This document shows positions 62,094-64,000 of a stretch of DNA of 64,000 bases, piece after piece; position 1 is the stretch's first letter; each line of letters begins with the position of its first letter. Source of the stretch: an uncultured delta proteobacterium (lineage in GTDB: Bacteria; Myxococcota_A; Polyangia; Haliangiales; Haliangiaceae). Location: positions 2,304,001 through 2,368,000 of the forward strand of contig CAWKDB010000010.1 of the NCBI GenBank assembly GCA_963848295.1, given 5' to 3'. The position numbers and the translations under genes are program-made. The notes beneath the pieces were generated by a model that was not told the DNA's origin, did not search any database, and saw nothing but the letters and a program-made list of their open reading frames with translations.

Positions 62094-62194
62094 CTCAGCG
62101 CTCCGATTCGGCTAGCGAGCCCGTGAACGCGAGCGTCAGCTTCGACAGCGCCATTGGCCGACGCTATCATCCACGCCGCGCGAGTCAACCGCGA

Positions 62195-63883
62195 TCACGG
62201 GCAGGCCGCGTTCGGAGCTTTCGGTGTGCCCAGGTTCACGCCGTCGCCGTACGCGGTCGTGCCGGGGCAGAAATTCGCCGCGGTATCGTTCGAGGTCTCG
62301 TCGAGCTTGCTCGGATCGAGCTGCGCCGACACGCCATCGGTCGACCGCGACCAGGTCACGGCATCGAGCACGGTCGTGCCCGCGAGCACCCGTACGTCAC
62401 CGGCCGTGTTGACCATCGTGAAGCCGAACGTCGCGTCGACCGCCGGCAACATGCCGTTGCTCGCCGGGTCCGACGAGTGCGCGAACAGCGCGTAGCCACC
62501 GGGCGCGACCGGCTTGCACTCCGGCGACGAGATCACGTCCGGCACGCGCGTATCGCTGACGCGATCGAGCCCGAGCCCGTTGAGATCGAATGCCGCGCTG
62601 CTCGTGTTCGTGATCTCGAACCACTCTTCTTCAGGCTCGACCTTCGGATTCGGCATGATCTCGCTGATCACGAGCGCGCCGGTCAGCGGCGGCACGATCG
62701 CGCGCGACAGGCCGCTGACCAGATCCGTGCACATGCCGGGCGGCGGCTGCGACGAGCACGCGAGGTTGTCGGCGGCGGGCGTGCCGAGGTCGCCGAGCCC
62801 GTACGGTTCGGTGCCATCGCAGAAGTTCGCTTCGTCGTCGTTCTGTTGCGGATCGATGTGCGCTGGATCGAGCTGGCGCGACGCGCCGTTCGTCGAGTGG
62901 GTCCACGTGACCGAGTCGATCACCGTGTCGCCGGCCAGGATGCGGACATCACCGGGCGCATCGACCGTGCCCGCGATCAACGAGAACGTGAACGTCCCGG
63001 CGACGACGCCATCCGGCAAGCCTCCGTTGAACGCGGTATCGACCGACTTCGCGAACAGCGCGTAGCCGCCGGCCGGCACGTGCAAGCAATCGGTGCCGCC
63101 GACGAGGTCGGGCTGCTTCGTGTCGGCGGCGCGATCGAGGCGCAAGCCGACGAGGTCGACGTCGGTCATCGCGCGCGCTTCGAACCACTCGCCATCGGCA
63201 TCGGGCACCTTCGACGGGCTCGGCATCACCTCGCTGATCACGAGGTCGCCCGGCGTCGGCGTCATGACCATGCGCGTCGAGCCGTTGTCGAGGCACTGAC
63301 CGATCGCGACCGGGATGCAATCGTTGTCTTGGCCCGGCGTCCCGAAGTTTCCGGGCTCGAACTCGTTGACGTTGTCGACGCACCAGTTGGCCTGGTCGTC
63401 GTTGAAGCTCGCGTCCGGCGAGGACTCGGCCGAGAGCTCGCGCGAGTGGCCCGGGTCGACCATCCCGTAGGTCGTCGTATCGATCGTGGTGTCGCCGCAC
63501 GCGAGCGAGAGCGTCCCTCCGGTGTTCGCGAGCTGCCCGAGATCGTCGCCGTAGCCGTACTCGACCCACGGCAGTGTCGCGTCCTGCGCGGTATCACCGA
63601 GTGTGAAGAACTGCCCCGGCGCGATCACGATCTCCGCCATGACGTGGCGCTTGTCGTTCGAGCCATCGGCATCGCCGTGGATCAGCGTCAGGCCCTCGAG
63701 CTCGATCGGCTGGTCGGCGCTGTTGTAGATCTCGAACCACTCGCGACCAGCGTCGCCGTTCGAAGGGTCCGCGAAGATCTCGCTGATCACGAGATCGCCC
63801 GGCGCGATCATATCCGTACATTGTGCCGGCCGACTCGAGGGTCGACACGCGGCGAACGCGAACGCGACAATCAGCCAGCGCAT
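62195..63883 (-). CDS. Lamin-tail-domain lipoprotein (3 LTD repeats)
   Basis: LVISEI/VM..P ... EWFE ... GTPG motif three times; FAAC lipobox. Confidence 0.85.
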   Translation of the reverse strand: MRWLIVAFAFAACRPSSRPAQCTDMIAPGDLVISEIFADPSNGDAGREWFEIYNSADQPIELEGLTLIHGDADGSNDKRHVMAEIVIAPGQFFTLGDTAQDATLPWVEYGYGDDLGQLANTGGTLSLACGDTTIDTTTYGMVDPGHSRELSAESSPDASFNDDQANWCVDNVNEFEPGNFGTPGQDNDCIPVAIGQCLDNGSTRMVMTPTPGDLVISEVMPSPSKVPDADGEWFEARAMTDVDLVGLRLDRAADTKQPDLVGGTDCLHVPAGGYALFAKSVDTAFNGGLPDGVVAGTFTFSLIAGTVDAPGDVRILAGDTVIDSVTWTHSTNGASRQLDPAHIDPQQNDDEANFCDGTEPYGLGDLGTPAADNLACSSQPPPGMCTDLVSGLSRAIVPPLTGALVISEIMPNPKVEPEEEWFEITNTSSAAFDLNGLGLDRVSDTRVPDVISSPECKPVAPGGYALFAHSSDPASNGMLPAVDATFGFTMVNTAGDVRVLAGTTVLDAVTWSRSTDGVSAQLDPSKLDETSNDTAANFCPGTTAYGDGVNLGTPKAPNAACP

Positions 63884-63941
63884 GACGGCGCTATCGACCG
63901 GTAGCGTTCGCGGTTGCGGGCTCACGTAGACCTGCGATTTC

Positions 63942-64000
63942 TCAGCGGGTCGAGATGTAGACGTCTTTGGTGCCGAGCGCGTCGCTCGCGTAGACGAACG
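63942..64000 (-). CDS. 3' end of a PD40/TolB-like propeller protein (partial)
   Basis: ..FVYASDALGTKDVYISTR*. Confidence 0.55.
   Translation of the reverse strand, partial: FVYASDALGTKDVYISTR

Overview
High-GC (~70% by eye) chromosomal window that looks myxobacterial: several Ser/Thr kinases, sigma-54 activators, ECF sigmas, PEGA, Cys-rich-repeat and lamin-tail lipoproteins. Haliangiales/Kofleriaceae-like is my inference, not a lookup. It holds ~57 CDS, including a sulfate uptake/assimilation island (sbp-cysT-cysW-cysA-DUF2292-porin-carbonic anhydrase, divergent from a sigma-54 activator-cysH-siroheme genes-sulfite reductase), a hyaluronan-synthase-like GT2, a radical SAM/SPASM enzyme, recA and two kinase-STAND proteins. 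About 14 frameshifts (+1 wherever I could check), mostly at 13-28 kb, look like long-read errors. I saw no rRNA, tRNA, CRISPR or transposase. Most notable signals: (1) a 57-nt hairpin element inserted in frame in three unrelated genes, with a compensatory base change and ATCGA flanking duplication in two copies and loss of the hairpin in the third; (2) an uncalled 53-aa 'GMNPNSSSLG' membrane peptide that may be the substrate of the nearby RRE-like radical SAM/SPASM enzyme; (3) an uncalled DUF2292/YezD micro-protein followed by two covarying hairpins; (4) a pseudo-caspase-kinase-STAND-FGE protein convergent with a putative His/Cys clan-CD protease operon.
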